DNA of 61,651 bases, filler included, from a bacterium (lineage in GTDB: Bacteria > JAMOTN01): NCBI GenBank assembly GCA_027062325.1. It is 3 parts of 3 records of this genome, joined end to end, with 100 filler letters (N's around TTAATTAATTAA, not from the genome) between each part and the next. Parts side by side here need not be neighbours in the genome. Positions count along the whole stretch, not along the records: positions 28,566 to 56,686 come from JAMOTN010000051.1; 2 more parts are not named here. One strand, written 5' to 3'. The translations under genes were made by a program, and so were the position numbers. Numbering within the stretch: position 1 is the stretch's first letter; every line of letters begins with the position of its first letter. The notes below the pieces were generated by a model. That model was not told the origin of the DNA, made no database searches, and saw only the letters and a list, made by a program, of their open reading frames with translations. Shown here piece by piece: positions 30,101-39,970 of the stretch.

Positions 30101-31483
30101 TTACTGATTTACCTCCATTTCTCCAGCCTCCGCTGGTTTCTCAGATTCACTTTCCTCTTTCTCTTTTATTATAACCTTTTCCTTGACAGCATCGAAAGCT
30201 TTCTTACGGCGAAGACGCTGGCGTACCAACTCAAATCTGTATTTACCTTCGTATTCCTCTAATACCTCTTCTTTTCTTTTATTTATAGCTTTGGCTACAT
30301 TTTCAAGCTCTGCCCTTACCTCGTCATCTGTAACTTCAATACCTAACATATTAGCAAGTGCATCCAAAACAAGCTCCAGCTTAGCTTCTCGAATTGCTTG
30401 CTCCTTGTAATTCTCTATCAACTCTTCCCCTTTTCTCCTCAAAATCTCTTCTGCAGGAATATTGTACATGTATTGCAAAGTGTAAGCGTAATCTTCCACC
30501 ATTAAAGCAGCCTTTTTCCTCCACATTTCTTCTGGAATCTCAATATCAGCAGCATTCTCCTCAATTAACTTATCCTCAAGTTGGCGATCAATTATCTCCT
30601 CTCTCTTTTCATTCAACCTTTTGACAAGTCTTTCCCTTATCTTCTCCTTCAGCTCTTCCAAACTGCCGACCTTTGGATCCACTTTCTTTGCAAATTCATC
30701 GTCAAGATCCGGATGCTTTTTAGCACGCACCATTATAACCTTTCCTTTTATCTTTGCTCTTTTACCCTTTACTCTCTCATCCTGTATATCCTCTGGGTAA
30801 ACAAAATCAAACTCAAATTCATCCCCCTTCTTTTTACCAAGGAGATTTTTCTTTATAGGCTCAATGAGATCATTCATCTTAACAACAACATTCTCCTCCT
30901 TAACGTAACGTCCTTCTCCTTCTGGAAGATCTGGCATCTCCCTTTCCCAATTTACCGTCACAAAATCCCCATCTTCTATAGGACGATCAACCTCTTCAAG
31001 AGTTGCATACCTCTCTCTTAAAAACTTAAGCTCTTTATTTACATCTTCTTCCTTAACCTCAAATTTCGGAACCTCTACCTCAATTCCCTCCCACTTTTTT
31101 ATCTCAACTTTTGGAGGAAACTTAAACTCTATCTTTATTATTGCATCCTTACCTTCTTGCACTACAAACTCCTTAGCAGAGTATGTGTAAGGAAATATGT
31201 ATCCTTTTTTCATAAAATCATCAACCAACTCTTCTATTCTATCTTTCAAAGCCTCAGCATAGTATCCCAATCCACCCAACATCTTTTTAACAATGGCCTT
31301 TGGAACTTTTCCCTTTCGAAAACCTTTAATTCTTACGTGATGTTTAATCTCATTGAAATACTCATTTTCAAGCTTACTAACCTCTTCTGCCGGAATCTTG
31401 AATTTTGCAATTAAAGCACCATTATCCCAAATACACTCTACACCTGTTTTTTCCTTTAAAGTTTCAGCAAACTGCTGGTCCAT
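30101..31483 (-). CDS. tig: Trigger factor
   Basis: GFRKGKVP signature; tig-clpP-clpX synteny; SD GGAGG before ATG 31483. Confidence 0.93.
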   Translation of the reverse strand: MDQQFAETLKEKTGVECIWDNGALIAKFKIPAEEVSKLENEYFNEIKHHVRIKGFRKGKVPKAIVKKMLGGLGYYAEALKDRIEELVDDFMKKGYIFPYTYSAKEFVVQEGKDAIIKIEFKFPPKVEIKKWEGIEVEVPKFEVKEEDVNKELKFLRERYATLEEVDRPIEDGDFVTVNWEREMPDLPEGEGRYVKEENVVVKMNDLIEPIKKNLLGKKKGDEFEFDFVYPEDIQDERVKGKRAKIKGKVIMVRAKKHPDLDDEFAKKVDPKVGSLEELKEKIRERLVKRLNEKREEIIDRQLEDKLIEENAADIEIPEEMWRKKAALMVEDYAYTLQYMYNIPAEEILRRKGEELIENYKEQAIREAKLELVLDALANMLGIEVTDDEVRAELENVAKAINKRKEEVLEEYEGKYRFELVRQRLRRKKAFDAVKEKVIIKEKEESESEKPAEAGEMEVNQ

Positions 31484-31561
31484 CTTCCCATACCTCCTTT
31501 TCAAATTCTCATAAGTAGCCTTCGCAAGTTGATTTTAACACATTATCCATCACTATGTTAT

Positions 31562-31590
31562 GTTATACACTTCACATTCATATTTATCAA
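31562..31590 (-). promoter_or_regulatory. Sigma70-type promoter for tig-clpP-clpX
   Basis: TTGATA-N17-TATAAC on the minus strand. Confidence 0.5.
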
Positions 31591-31633
31591 TATTTGATAC
31601 CAACCGAAAAAACAACGAAAGGAGGTAGGAGAG

Positions 31634-32371
31634 ATGAAAAAAGGAGAAAAATTTAATTCCGAATTTGAAAAAAAACTCTTTAAAGCAGCGCAAAACGGCG
31701 ACCAAAATGCCCTTGCTTATCTATGTATAAAACACTCAGGTCTTGTCGTGAAAATTGCTAAAAAATATGCACGTAATCAGTCTCAATTGGATGATCTAAT
31801 TCAAGAAGGTTTCATCGGCCTTATAAAAGCCATAAGAAAATTTGATCCAGAGCTTGGATGGAACTTTTCAACAATGGCTGTTTGGTGGATAAGAGATGAA
31901 ATATTAAGGTATGTTTTAAAGGAAACCCATGCAGTCTCTATTCCTGTAGATACATTAAAGAAAGTTTACAAAGTCTGGAAAGCTGAACGTGAATTTGAGG
32001 AGAAGTACTCTCGAAAACCCTCTTTCGAAGATTTGAAAAACCTGGGCTTCTCTGAAGACTTAATAAAACTATCGCAAAATTTAAAAGAAGCCCGTTTAAT
32101 GAACAATTTACACGAAAAATACACTAAGAAATTTACCTCTGACATTGAAAACTCATCGTTAGTCGATCAGATCAAGGAGATAATCGAATCTCTTCCATTG
32201 AGAGAGCGTCTAATTCTGGAGTTGAGATACATAGATGCAAATTTGAAGTACAACACCATAGCACGAGTCCTAGGTATATCTCGTCAGCGTGTAAAACAGC
32301 TTGAAAAGAGAGCTATACAGCGCATAAGGGAGGCATTGGGCGAAGAATGGGACAAAAGCTCATCGGGATAG
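31634..32371 (+). CDS. Alternative sigma-70 family factor
   Basis: DLIQEGFIGLIKAIRKFDP, WWIR, ISRQRVKQLE. Confidence 0.92.
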   Translation: MKKGEKFNSEFEKKLFKAAQNGDQNALAYLCIKHSGLVVKIAKKYARNQSQLDDLIQEGFIGLIKAIRKFDPELGWNFSTMAVWWIRDEILRYVLKETHAVSIPVDTLKKVYKVWKAEREFEEKYSRKPSFEDLKNLGFSEDLIKLSQNLKEARLMNNLHEKYTKKFTSDIENSSLVDQIKEIIESLPLRERLILELRYIDANLKYNTIARVLGISRQRVKQLEKRAIQRIREALGEEWDKSSSG

Positions 32372-33234
32372 GTTACTTTGGATTCGGCAACTATGGGGAC
32401 GAACTCATAGCAGAAACTCTCAAAGAGTTGGGAATATCACCTATAAAGATTACATCTCACGTTTTGAAGTTTTTATCAAGCTTGAAAAATAGCGGGAAGA
32501 TTTTTGTCCTATCAGGAGGTTTGTTCCACTCATTTACTAATTCCAACATCTACTATTCTTTGCTTTCACTTCTCCTATCCTTCAAAAACAAAGTCGTTGG
32601 ATTCGGAATCTCGATAGAGAAAAACGCTGTTGGACTTTTGAGCAAAGTTGCCCTATCAAGATTTAGTTTACTGGGCTTAAGAGACACATTTTCTCTGCTT
32701 ATTGCCAAAAAAGCAAATTCTTCATCCTTTCTATCTTCTGATTTAGTTTTTCTAAAAGAAAAATTTGACAAAGAAATCGTCCCAACTCACAACAAAAACA
32801 TACCTACCCTAATCCTACACAACTCTAAACAACTCTCACTTCTTGGTAATATTGTTGAAAAATTCAATATATACAGTGCCTTTCCAAAAGATGAATTCGA
32901 TTACAAATCTCCCAGAGAGATAAATTGGATAATAGAAAATTCTCCACTTATCATAACCTCAAGACTTCACGTTGCAATAGTTTCACTTTTATTTAAAAAA
33001 CCATTTGTGTTTGTAGCTCCCCAGCCTCACTCAAAACACATCTTTTTTTTCCAGGATAATAACCTAGAGTTCACTCTTTTTACTAATAGCAACAAAGGCG
33101 AATTTAACCTTAATGAAGTTGTAAACAAATTCAACTCCTTAAATATTGATAAAATCATTGGTAAAAATAAAAAGTTAGCACACTCTTTTCTAAAAAAGTT
33201 GAAAGATGCCTATTGGGAGGATCAAAAGTGTTAG
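32347..33234 (+). CDS. Polysaccharide pyruvyl transferase (CsaB-like)
   Basis: GYFGFGNYGDE, GGLF, LRD, D.VF, SRLH. Confidence 0.8.
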   Translation: MGQKLIGIGYFGFGNYGDELIAETLKELGISPIKITSHVLKFLSSLKNSGKIFVLSGGLFHSFTNSNIYYSLLSLLLSFKNKVVGFGISIEKNAVGLLSKVALSRFSLLGLRDTFSLLIAKKANSSSFLSSDLVFLKEKFDKEIVPTHNKNIPTLILHNSKQLSLLGNIVEKFNIYSAFPKDEFDYKSPREINWIIENSPLIITSRLHVAIVSLLFKKPFVFVAPQPHSKHIFFFQDNNLEFTLFTNSNKGEFNLNEVVNKFNSLNIDKIIGKNKKLAHSFLKKLKDAYWEDQKC

Positions 33235-34178
33235 ACAGAGTATACAAATTCTTTCAACAAACCGACAAGTTTTTAAAAGAAAAGTTTAAATCCTACACTC
33301 CTTCCGTACTAACGATTGGAGTTGGTAATATACAAGTTGGAGGAACAGGTAAATCTCAGCTTTCTCGCCTTATTTATATATCTTTAAAGGAGCTGGGATA
33401 CAAACCTATAATTTTAGTAAAAGGTTACAAAGGAAGAGTCAAAGAAGGCCTTGTAACTTCTACTGACTGGGTAAAATGGGGCGATGAAGCCGTTGAAAAT
33501 TTTGTTCTAGGTTACAAAACATTTGTATCAAAAGACAAGGTAAAAGGTGTAAAAAAAATAGAAAAATTAGGATTATTTGACGCTGTGATCATCGATGATG
33601 CTTTTCAACTCTATGGTTTAAAAAAAATTGAACTTTTATCACTGAATCTTGATAAAAAACCAGAGGAGGATAAACTTCTCCCTTTGGGGCGCCTTCGCGA
33701 AGAGCTGTCTTCAATTGAAAGAGCAAACGCATGTATAATTTTCAACTTCAAAAGACGTCCTATACCACAATCAATTCTAAAGTTTTTAGTTCTAAAGCCG
33801 TTCTTTGAAATAAATAAGCTAACATTAAAGTTTTTACAAGCTAGAACAGAGAACGAACTTAGAAACTCAATTGTAAATAAAAAATTTTACACTTTAGATG
33901 AAGTAGTCATAGGATGTGCCATAGGAAATCCTCAATCTTTTCTCAAATCCGTTGAAGACAATGGAGTAAAAGTTAAATCTATTGTTCCATTTCCAGATCA
34001 TCATCCTATAAATCTTGAAAAGTTAAAATCTTTAGCCAATTCAATTCCAATCTTAATAACTCTAAAAGACTGGGTAAAACTCTCTCCTGAGCAGAGAAAA
34101 GACTTATTTGTTGCTATACCATTTCTACCAAGTGAAGTAAAATCATTTATAAGAAAGCATGTTTTATCACAAGTATAG
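33213..34178 (+). CDS. lpxK: Tetraacyldisaccharide 4'-kinase
   Basis: VGNIQVGGTGKS, GDE, DDAFQ, LPLGRLRE, FPDHH, TLKDWVK. Confidence 0.92.
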   Translation: MGGSKVLDRVYKFFQQTDKFLKEKFKSYTPSVLTIGVGNIQVGGTGKSQLSRLIYISLKELGYKPIILVKGYKGRVKEGLVTSTDWVKWGDEAVENFVLGYKTFVSKDKVKGVKKIEKLGLFDAVIIDDAFQLYGLKKIELLSLNLDKKPEEDKLLPLGRLREELSSIERANACIIFNFKRRPIPQSILKFLVLKPFFEINKLTLKFLQARTENELRNSIVNKKFYTLDEVVIGCAIGNPQSFLKSVEDNGVKVKSIVPFPDHHPINLEKLKSLANSIPILITLKDWVKLSPEQRKDLFVAIPFLPSEVKSFIRKHVLSQV

Positions 34179-34591
34179 TGGAGGACAATATGCTGATAAT
34201 AGGAATAGATCCGGGAACTCATAAACTTGGAGTGGCTGTGTTTAACACCGAGAGAAACTCATTTGTAAAATCAGAAATCGTTGATTTAAGAGAACTTCAA
34301 AGATTATTAGAATCCTCTGATATAAAACTGGCAGTTTGTGGTTCCGGCACAGGATGTAAAAAAGTGTTCTCCATTTTGAACTCTTTGAAAATTCCCTTTA
34401 CGGTTGTAAAGGAAGAAAACACCACAGTAATGGCAAATGAAAGGCTAAAGAAGAGCTTTTGGGGATGGATTAAGTTAATATTCGGAAATGTTGATGATGA
34501 AGTAGCAAAAATACTGGTAGAGCTATTTCTAAAAAATCCCGAAAAGTATCTTAACTGCAAAAGCCACAAGCCAAGCAACGGCTGTTGTTAG
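34178..34591 (+). CDS. YqgF/RuvX-like RNase H-fold nuclease
   Basis: IIGIDPG.HKLGVA, GSGTG, EENTT, VDD.VA. Confidence 0.75.
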   Translation: MEDNMLIIGIDPGTHKLGVAVFNTERNSFVKSEIVDLRELQRLLESSDIKLAVCGSGTGCKKVFSILNSLKIPFTVVKEENTTVMANERLKKSFWGWIKLIFGNVDDEVAKILVELFLKNPEKYLNCKSHKPSNGCC

Positions 34592-36436
34592 TACAACACT
34601 TAAAGCTGCCCACAGTATTCCAAACTCTGCGCCGATGGCTACCAAAGTAGCAAGACATGGACTGTAAAATGTAAAGAATATCACCAATGTTACTATCTGC
34701 TTCGTCGTTAATACAGCATTGAGGCCTGCAAGAGTTACTCCAAGCTTATTTAACATAAGAGGCAATATCACTTCTTTTTTCATAACTCCGAATATCAATG
34801 GAAGCACTAAGCTTTTGGGAATATCAAGAGAGGTTATTATCCATCCAAACCATTTTTCCACAAATCTAGCAAGAGCAGTATCTTCTATCAACGTCATGAT
34901 AACGCTTCCTAAAATCAGTACAGGTAAAATTATGGTAAAAAACTCTTTCAACCTAAACCAAACTTTTAAAAAAGTTATCTTTGCAGAAGGCATACGAAGT
35001 TTGGGCACCTCGAATACAACACCATCTACAACCTTTGCCTTTTTTAAAATAAGAGCATTTATCACTGCGAACAACAAAAATGCTAAAAGATATACGAGCA
35101 AGGCAAATTTTCCAGCTACAATACTCGCCATAGCAAGAATTACACTCATTCTAGCCGCACAAGGTATGAAGTTTAAAGTCAAAGCAAGTGTTTTCTTCTC
35201 TTCTTCAGTAAAAAGATTGCGAGTCGCCATTATTGCAGGAACAGTACAACCAGTAGCAATAGTTGTTGGGATAACAGCTATGCCATGCAATCCTATTTTG
35301 TGAAATAAACCATCGAATAAAAAACACATTCTAGCAAGGTATCCAGAATCTTCCAAAAGGCCAATAACAAACAAAAATGGCAATAAATACGGTAATACCA
35401 CCGCCACCGCAGAGGTGAAACCTTCCCAAGCCGAGTTTACCACATCCACCCATAAGCCTTTACCACTCAACTTGTAGTTAAGAAGTGACAAGAGCCTCTC
35501 TTCAAAGTAGCCACCAACCTTGAATATGACACTTCCCAATATAAATAAGACCAACAATGAAAAACCAAATCCCAACCAGCTATTCAAAAGCAAATACTTG
35601 TCCAGCTTATCACCAAATGTGATCTTATCAACTCTTTCAACAGCATTTTCAACAATTTCGTAAACTTTCTTACACTTTTCTCTGTTGAGTTTTACAATCT
35701 CATCTAACTTCTCACTGTACTCAAATTTCTTCAAATCTATACCCTTATGAGCAGCTAGCATGTAAGATCCTTGTAAAATCAACTTTACAAAAATATCAAT
35801 TCTTACGGACTTTTCCTCCTGTAAGTGGGCTTTTATAAAATCCATAAGTTTTTCAGAAACATCCTTGATCTCAGAATCAGATTTCTCTATATCCAAAGTT
35901 TCCTCAACAGAAGCCTTGCCCTCTGATAAAGAAGACTCACTTTTTTTTGCTTCTTCTAAGGCTATAACAAACAATCTTCTCAAACCCTTTCCGTACAAAG
36001 CAGATATTGGAACAACAGGTATACCCATCTCCTTCTTAATGTAGCGCCAATTCACTTTCCAACCTCTTTTTTCTATCTCATCAACCATGTTAACTGCTAA
36101 AACAACAGGTTTTCCTAAGTTTTTAATCTCACAGGCCAATTTCAAACCTTTCGCCATAAACATTGCATCCGTAACACACACTACCACATCAAAATCATTT
36201 TCAGAAAGCCATTTCACAGTTTGAAGCTCCGCAAAATCTGTTGTCGCAACAGAATACAATCCTGGCAAATCTATAAGCTCAAAAGTGATGACTCCTATCT
36301 CTGCTACTGCTTTGGTAACACTAACCGTGGTTCCAGCATAATTCGCAATCTCTGCCTTAAAACCGGCTATTTGATTGAAGATTGTACTCTTACCTGAATT
36401 CGGAGTACCAATCAATACAACCCTTTTCATGTACAT
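34529..36436 (-). CDS. feoB: Ferrous iron transporter B
   Basis: GTPNSGKST, NYAGTTV, DLPG, NMVD, LEDSGYLAR, GCTVPA, YSPC. Confidence 0.93.
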   Translation of the reverse strand: MYMKRVVLIGTPNSGKSTIFNQIAGFKAEIANYAGTTVSVTKAVAEIGVITFELIDLPGLYSVATTDFAELQTVKWLSENDFDVVVCVTDAMFMAKGLKLACEIKNLGKPVVLAVNMVDEIEKRGWKVNWRYIKKEMGIPVVPISALYGKGLRRLFVIALEEAKKSESSLSEGKASVEETLDIEKSDSEIKDVSEKLMDFIKAHLQEEKSVRIDIFVKLILQGSYMLAAHKGIDLKKFEYSEKLDEIVKLNREKCKKVYEIVENAVERVDKITFGDKLDKYLLLNSWLGFGFSLLVLFILGSVIFKVGGYFEERLLSLLNYKLSGKGLWVDVVNSAWEGFTSAVAVVLPYLLPFLFVIGLLEDSGYLARMCFLFDGLFHKIGLHGIAVIPTTIATGCTVPAIMATRNLFTEEEKKTLALTLNFIPCAARMSVILAMASIVAGKFALLVYLLAFLLFAVINALILKKAKVVDGVVFEVPKLRMPSAKITFLKVWFRLKEFFTIILPVLILGSVIMTLIEDTALARFVEKWFGWIITSLDIPKSLVLPLIFGVMKKEVILPLMLNKLGVTLAGLNAVLTTKQIVTLVIFFTFYSPCLATLVAIGAEFGILWAALSVVLTTAVAWLVAFAVKILFGIF

Positions 36437-36582
36437 CTACTCCTTCACACCAGTCAGCTAACCGCTACAAAACTTCACCATTTCATACCATACAAAACCT
36501 ATTGGAAAATTACAAGTTTCTTTAACAACATTTACAAACATTATGCTAAAATGTTAACGTTGAGGAAATTAAAAAAGGAGGG

Positions 36583-37860
36583 ATGAGCATGAAAAAAGTT
36601 CTTATCATTGGATCAGGTCCTGGAGGTTATGAAGCAGCACTCCATGCTAGAAAAGAAGGATACGAAGTTGTTCTAGTTGAAAAAGACAAAATAGGAGGAA
36701 CATGTCTAAACAGAGGTTGTATTCCAACAAAAGCTCTGGTAGAAGCTTCATATCTTTATAAAAAAGCAACTGGGGGAAAGTTTGGAATCAAAGGAGCAAC
36801 TTTTGATCTTTCTGAGATTATTGCCTATAGAAATAAGACCACAGAAACTTTGAGAAAAGGTTTAGAACAAACCCTTGTTAAAAGTGGAGTTCAAATTGTA
36901 AAAGCAGAAGCTCAATTTAAAGACGGTAAAGTCATAGTAAATGGAAAAGAAGAAAGTTATGATTATCTAATTTTGGCAACAGGTTCTCGCCCATTTATCC
37001 CACCATTTGAAATCTCAACAGAAATCTTAACAAGTGACAATTTCACAGAAGGCAATTTTGAAGTGAAAGATACAATAGTTGTTGGAGCAGGAGTAATAGG
37101 CTTGGAAATCGGAACAGCCCTTGCCATGCTTGGAGCTAAAGTAACAGTAATCGACATTGCTCCTAAGATTCTTCCTGCAGCTCCAGCAACTGTTCAATCA
37201 AGATTATCTGCATACCTAAAAAAACTTGGAATTAAATTCATGCTCAATTCAAAGGTAGAAAAGATATTTGAAAAAGACGGTAAAAAGGCCGTAGCTTTGG
37301 AAAACGGAGACGTAGTAACTGCAGATCAAGTACTTGTTGCAGTAGGAAGAAAACCAAACACTGAAGGATTAGAAAGCTTGGGTTTGCAAATAGATCGCGG
37401 ATTTGTCGTCACCGATGAATACTGCAAAGCCAAAGACAACATTTTCGCAATAGGTGATATTGCAACCCGTGCCATGCTTGCTCACACCGCAAGTCATCAT
37501 GCTCAAGTTGTCATCGATTACATAACCGGTAAAAAACGCTTTAAGAAGGAAGAATTTCCAATTCCGCAATTTGTATACACTCAACCTGAAGCCGCATGGG
37601 TTGGTGAATTCACTGGTAGAGCTAAAAAACTCGTTCTTGGAGCAGTTGGAAAAGCAATAGTAGATCAAACAGAGGGTATCATTGAAATTCATACAGACGG
37701 CGAATATGTAAAAGGCTTCGTAATGATAGGATACGGAGCAAGTGAAATTGTAAATCTTGCAAGTGTTGTTATCACTGCTAAGGTAACAGTAGAAGATATT
37801 GAAAAGATAATATTTGCCCACCCAACGCTCTCTGAAGGTTTCAAAATGACATTGATGTAG
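36583..37860 (+). CDS. lpdA: Dihydrolipoamide dehydrogenase family flavoprotein
   Basis: GSGPGGY, GGTCLNRGCIPTK, GAGVIGLE, HPTLSE. Confidence 0.88.
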   Translation: MSMKKVLIIGSGPGGYEAALHARKEGYEVVLVEKDKIGGTCLNRGCIPTKALVEASYLYKKATGGKFGIKGATFDLSEIIAYRNKTTETLRKGLEQTLVKSGVQIVKAEAQFKDGKVIVNGKEESYDYLILATGSRPFIPPFEISTEILTSDNFTEGNFEVKDTIVVGAGVIGLEIGTALAMLGAKVTVIDIAPKILPAAPATVQSRLSAYLKKLGIKFMLNSKVEKIFEKDGKKAVALENGDVVTADQVLVAVGRKPNTEGLESLGLQIDRGFVVTDEYCKAKDNIFAIGDIATRAMLAHTASHHAQVVIDYITGKKRFKKEEFPIPQFVYTQPEAAWVGEFTGRAKKLVLGAVGKAIVDQTEGIIEIHTDGEYVKGFVMIGYGASEIVNLASVVITAKVTVEDIEKIIFAHPTLSEGFKMTLM

Positions 37861-37906
37861 AAAAGTTAAGAAGCACAGATCCAGATTCATAAAAAATTTC
37901 AAATTT

Positions 37907-37947
37907 AAATGGGGGCTTATTGATTTTTACAAGCCCCCATTTTCTTT
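37907..37947 (+). terminator. Intrinsic terminator of lpdA
   Basis: 12-bp stem AAATGGGGGCTT/AAGCCCCCATTT followed by TCTTT. Confidence 0.8.
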
Positions 37948-37952
37948 GCTCT

Positions 37953-37985
37953 AAAAATAAAAATGGGGGGCAACACACCCCCCAC
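37953..37985 (-). terminator. Intrinsic terminator of the S8 protease gene
   Basis: Minus strand GTGGGGGGT-GTGTT-GCCCCCCAT followed by TTTTATTTTT. Confidence 0.8.
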
Positions 37986-38031
37986 TTTTTCACAGTACAT
38001 AAAATTCACTCACTCAATCTCAAAATATCAC

Positions 38032-39303
38032 TTACTCATCGTAGCTTGGTAACCTCTTCCCATAAGCCTCTTTCACAGTTTCGTACACATTAACTACTCC
38101 CCATCCATAATCGTTGTCTTTACCAGGAGCTCCCAAATCAATTGCATGTTTATACAACAGTTTTTTCACATCATCAACTGTCAAATTTGGATTTGCTTCC
38201 AACATAAGAGCCACAACTCCAGCTATAAATGGCCCCGCCATACTTGTTCCCGACTTGTAACCCCATTTTTTACCGGGAATTGCAGAGTAAACATTCTGTC
38301 CTGGAGCCGCAATATCAGGCTTAATGTACTCTTCTCCATTTACAACTGCTGGTCCACGTGAAGAGAAGCTTGCAACCTCAGTAGTTGTTTTTAGTGCTGC
38401 AACAGCTATAGCCAACTTAGAAGCAGCCGGAGCAGCAATAGTTCTTGGATTTGGCCCGGAGTTTCCAGCTGAAAACACAGGGACTATTCCAGCCTTCACC
38501 CAAGCCTTAACTGCATCCTCAAATACGCTCAAGTGAGAGATTGGACCTCCCCAAGAGTTGTTTATAACACGTGGTCTATCATTCGTAGTATTTGGATCAC
38601 CATCCGGATCCAACAACCACTGCATAGCATCCAATATATCGTGGGTATTTGCTCCAAACCAACTGAAACAACGAGCTGCTGCAATCTTTGCATCCGGTGC
38701 AACTCCTATAGGAACACCAGACGCGCTTCCTCCACAGATCGTCCCTGCCGTATGAGTTCCATGACCAACAGAATCTACCGGATGATCAACGGGCAAAGAA
38801 TTGCTCAAAAAATCCCTCCAATAAACTATTTTTCCTTTCAAATCCGGATGATCTCCTTCAACACCCGTATCAATTTGACCAACAATTATTCCCTTTCCTG
38901 TTAGGTGAAAATCCTTCCACACTTTCTCAACGGCGAAATCTCTTATATTCCAGTTATTCGGAGTCTTGGCATCTTTTTCAGCAACAGGCTTCATCAAAGG
39001 CACTATAAAATCTGGATAAACTTTTGCTACCTTAGGATTTTTCTGCAACTTCTTCATCAAATTTGCATCACCATTTGGCAAATAAACCGCACGAGCAATC
39101 CACAAAACCTTATAATTGCCACGTTCAACCTCATCACTTATTGCCTTAATACCATTTTCAGTTACACTCTTTAAATGGTTTACATAATCTGCAAATGTTC
39201 TAATTGGAGTCTTAGATGGTTCATCTTTGAACTGCACTATCAAACCCCTAGCAAATGTTCCGATAAAAAATACCAGAACAATTAATAAAGCCACCTTCTT
39301 CAT
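38032..39303 (-). CDS. Secreted subtilisin-like S8 serine protease
   Basis: Signal peptide, prodomain, catalytic triad IDTG / HGTHTAG / GTSMA. Confidence 0.95.
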   Translation of the reverse strand: MKKVALLIVLVFFIGTFARGLIVQFKDEPSKTPIRTFADYVNHLKSVTENGIKAISDEVERGNYKVLWIARAVYLPNGDANLMKKLQKNPKVAKVYPDFIVPLMKPVAEKDAKTPNNWNIRDFAVEKVWKDFHLTGKGIIVGQIDTGVEGDHPDLKGKIVYWRDFLSNSLPVDHPVDSVGHGTHTAGTICGGSASGVPIGVAPDAKIAAARCFSWFGANTHDILDAMQWLLDPDGDPNTTNDRPRVINNSWGGPISHLSVFEDAVKAWVKAGIVPVFSAGNSGPNPRTIAAPAASKLAIAVAALKTTTEVASFSSRGPAVVNGEEYIKPDIAAPGQNVYSAIPGKKWGYKSGTSMAGPFIAGVVALMLEANPNLTVDDVKKLLYKHAIDLGAPGKDNDYGWGVVNVYETVKEAYGKRLPSYDE

Positions 39304-39360
39304 ACTACTCACCCTCCTGTTAAATAAAATACCTTGGGAAATGCTCCACTCTCACCAAAA

Positions 39361-39405
39361 CTACTTAACTCTACTTCCTCCTACAATCTCCTACACTACT
39401 CCTAC
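39361..39405 (-). repeat. 10-nt-phased GTAG(GAG) repeats in the protease leader
   Basis: CTAC on + strand at 39361, 39371, 39381, 39391, with further copies at 39396 and 39402. Confidence 0.7.
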
Positions 39406-39413
39406 CTATTGAT

Positions 39414-39443
39414 ATTATAACCCCAAAATAAAAAAGCGAGCAA
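39414..39443 (-). promoter_or_regulatory. Sigma70-type promoter for the S8 protease gene
   Basis: TTGCTC-N18-TATAAT, overlapping the upstream terminator. Confidence 0.5.
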
Positions 39444-39462
39444 GGCCGTACACCTTGCTGCT
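39425..39462 (-). terminator. Intrinsic terminator of the 39527-39943 gene
   Basis: AGCAAGG-TGTACGG-CCTTGCT stem followed by CGCTTTTTTATTTT. Confidence 0.7.
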
Positions 39463-39526
39463 TACTTAAAATTGGTGTGTAATCTGAAGATCCTAACATT
39501 CTAAACTGATCAATCAAGCTCTTTCT

Positions 39527-39943
39527 TTACCAAGCTTTGCCAGCACAATCCCCATCAAACTTCAAAATAAACCACCTTCTCAATCTCTTCGTTGGCTCAA
39601 CTCCTTCTGGGTAAAAATTCAAATAAACTTTCATTCTATCATATCCCATAGCTTTATATTTCTCTGCATCTAAAGCAATCTTTACATAAGCAACAGCTGG
39701 TCCAAGTTCATCTTTATAAGCCTCATCACTGATCCAAATCTTGTAAGAAAACGCTTTTTTCCCTTTCTCCAAATAACCAGACACTTTTAAAACACCATTC
39801 ATTTTCTTTGCTGCATGTCCCTTTATGAACCTCATCTGTAATTCTAAATACTTACCATCGTAAGCCCAAAAAGCCTCCATGTACATGTAAGCCGCAGAAA
39901 CCACAAATGCAACCATAGCAAGTATTGCCAACGCTCTCCTCAT
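39527..39943 (-). CDS. Exported hypothetical protein
   Basis: SD AGGAGGTG, ATG 39943, signal MRRALAILAMVAFVVSA; has its own promoter and terminator. Confidence 0.8.
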   Translation of the reverse strand: MRRALAILAMVAFVVSAAYMYMEAFWAYDGKYLELQMRFIKGHAAKKMNGVLKVSGYLEKGKKAFSYKIWISDEAYKDELGPAVAYVKIALDAEKYKAMGYDRMKVYLNFYPEGVEPTKRLRRWFILKFDGDCAGKAW

Positions 39944-39970
39944 TCTCCTACACCTCCTGAGTAGCATTCT

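Noticed and set aside
34178-34591. RNase H-fold ORF as a transposase or Cas/TnpB-like nuclease
   Set aside because: Only 137 aa with YqgF-type motifs; no inverted repeats, array or cas genes
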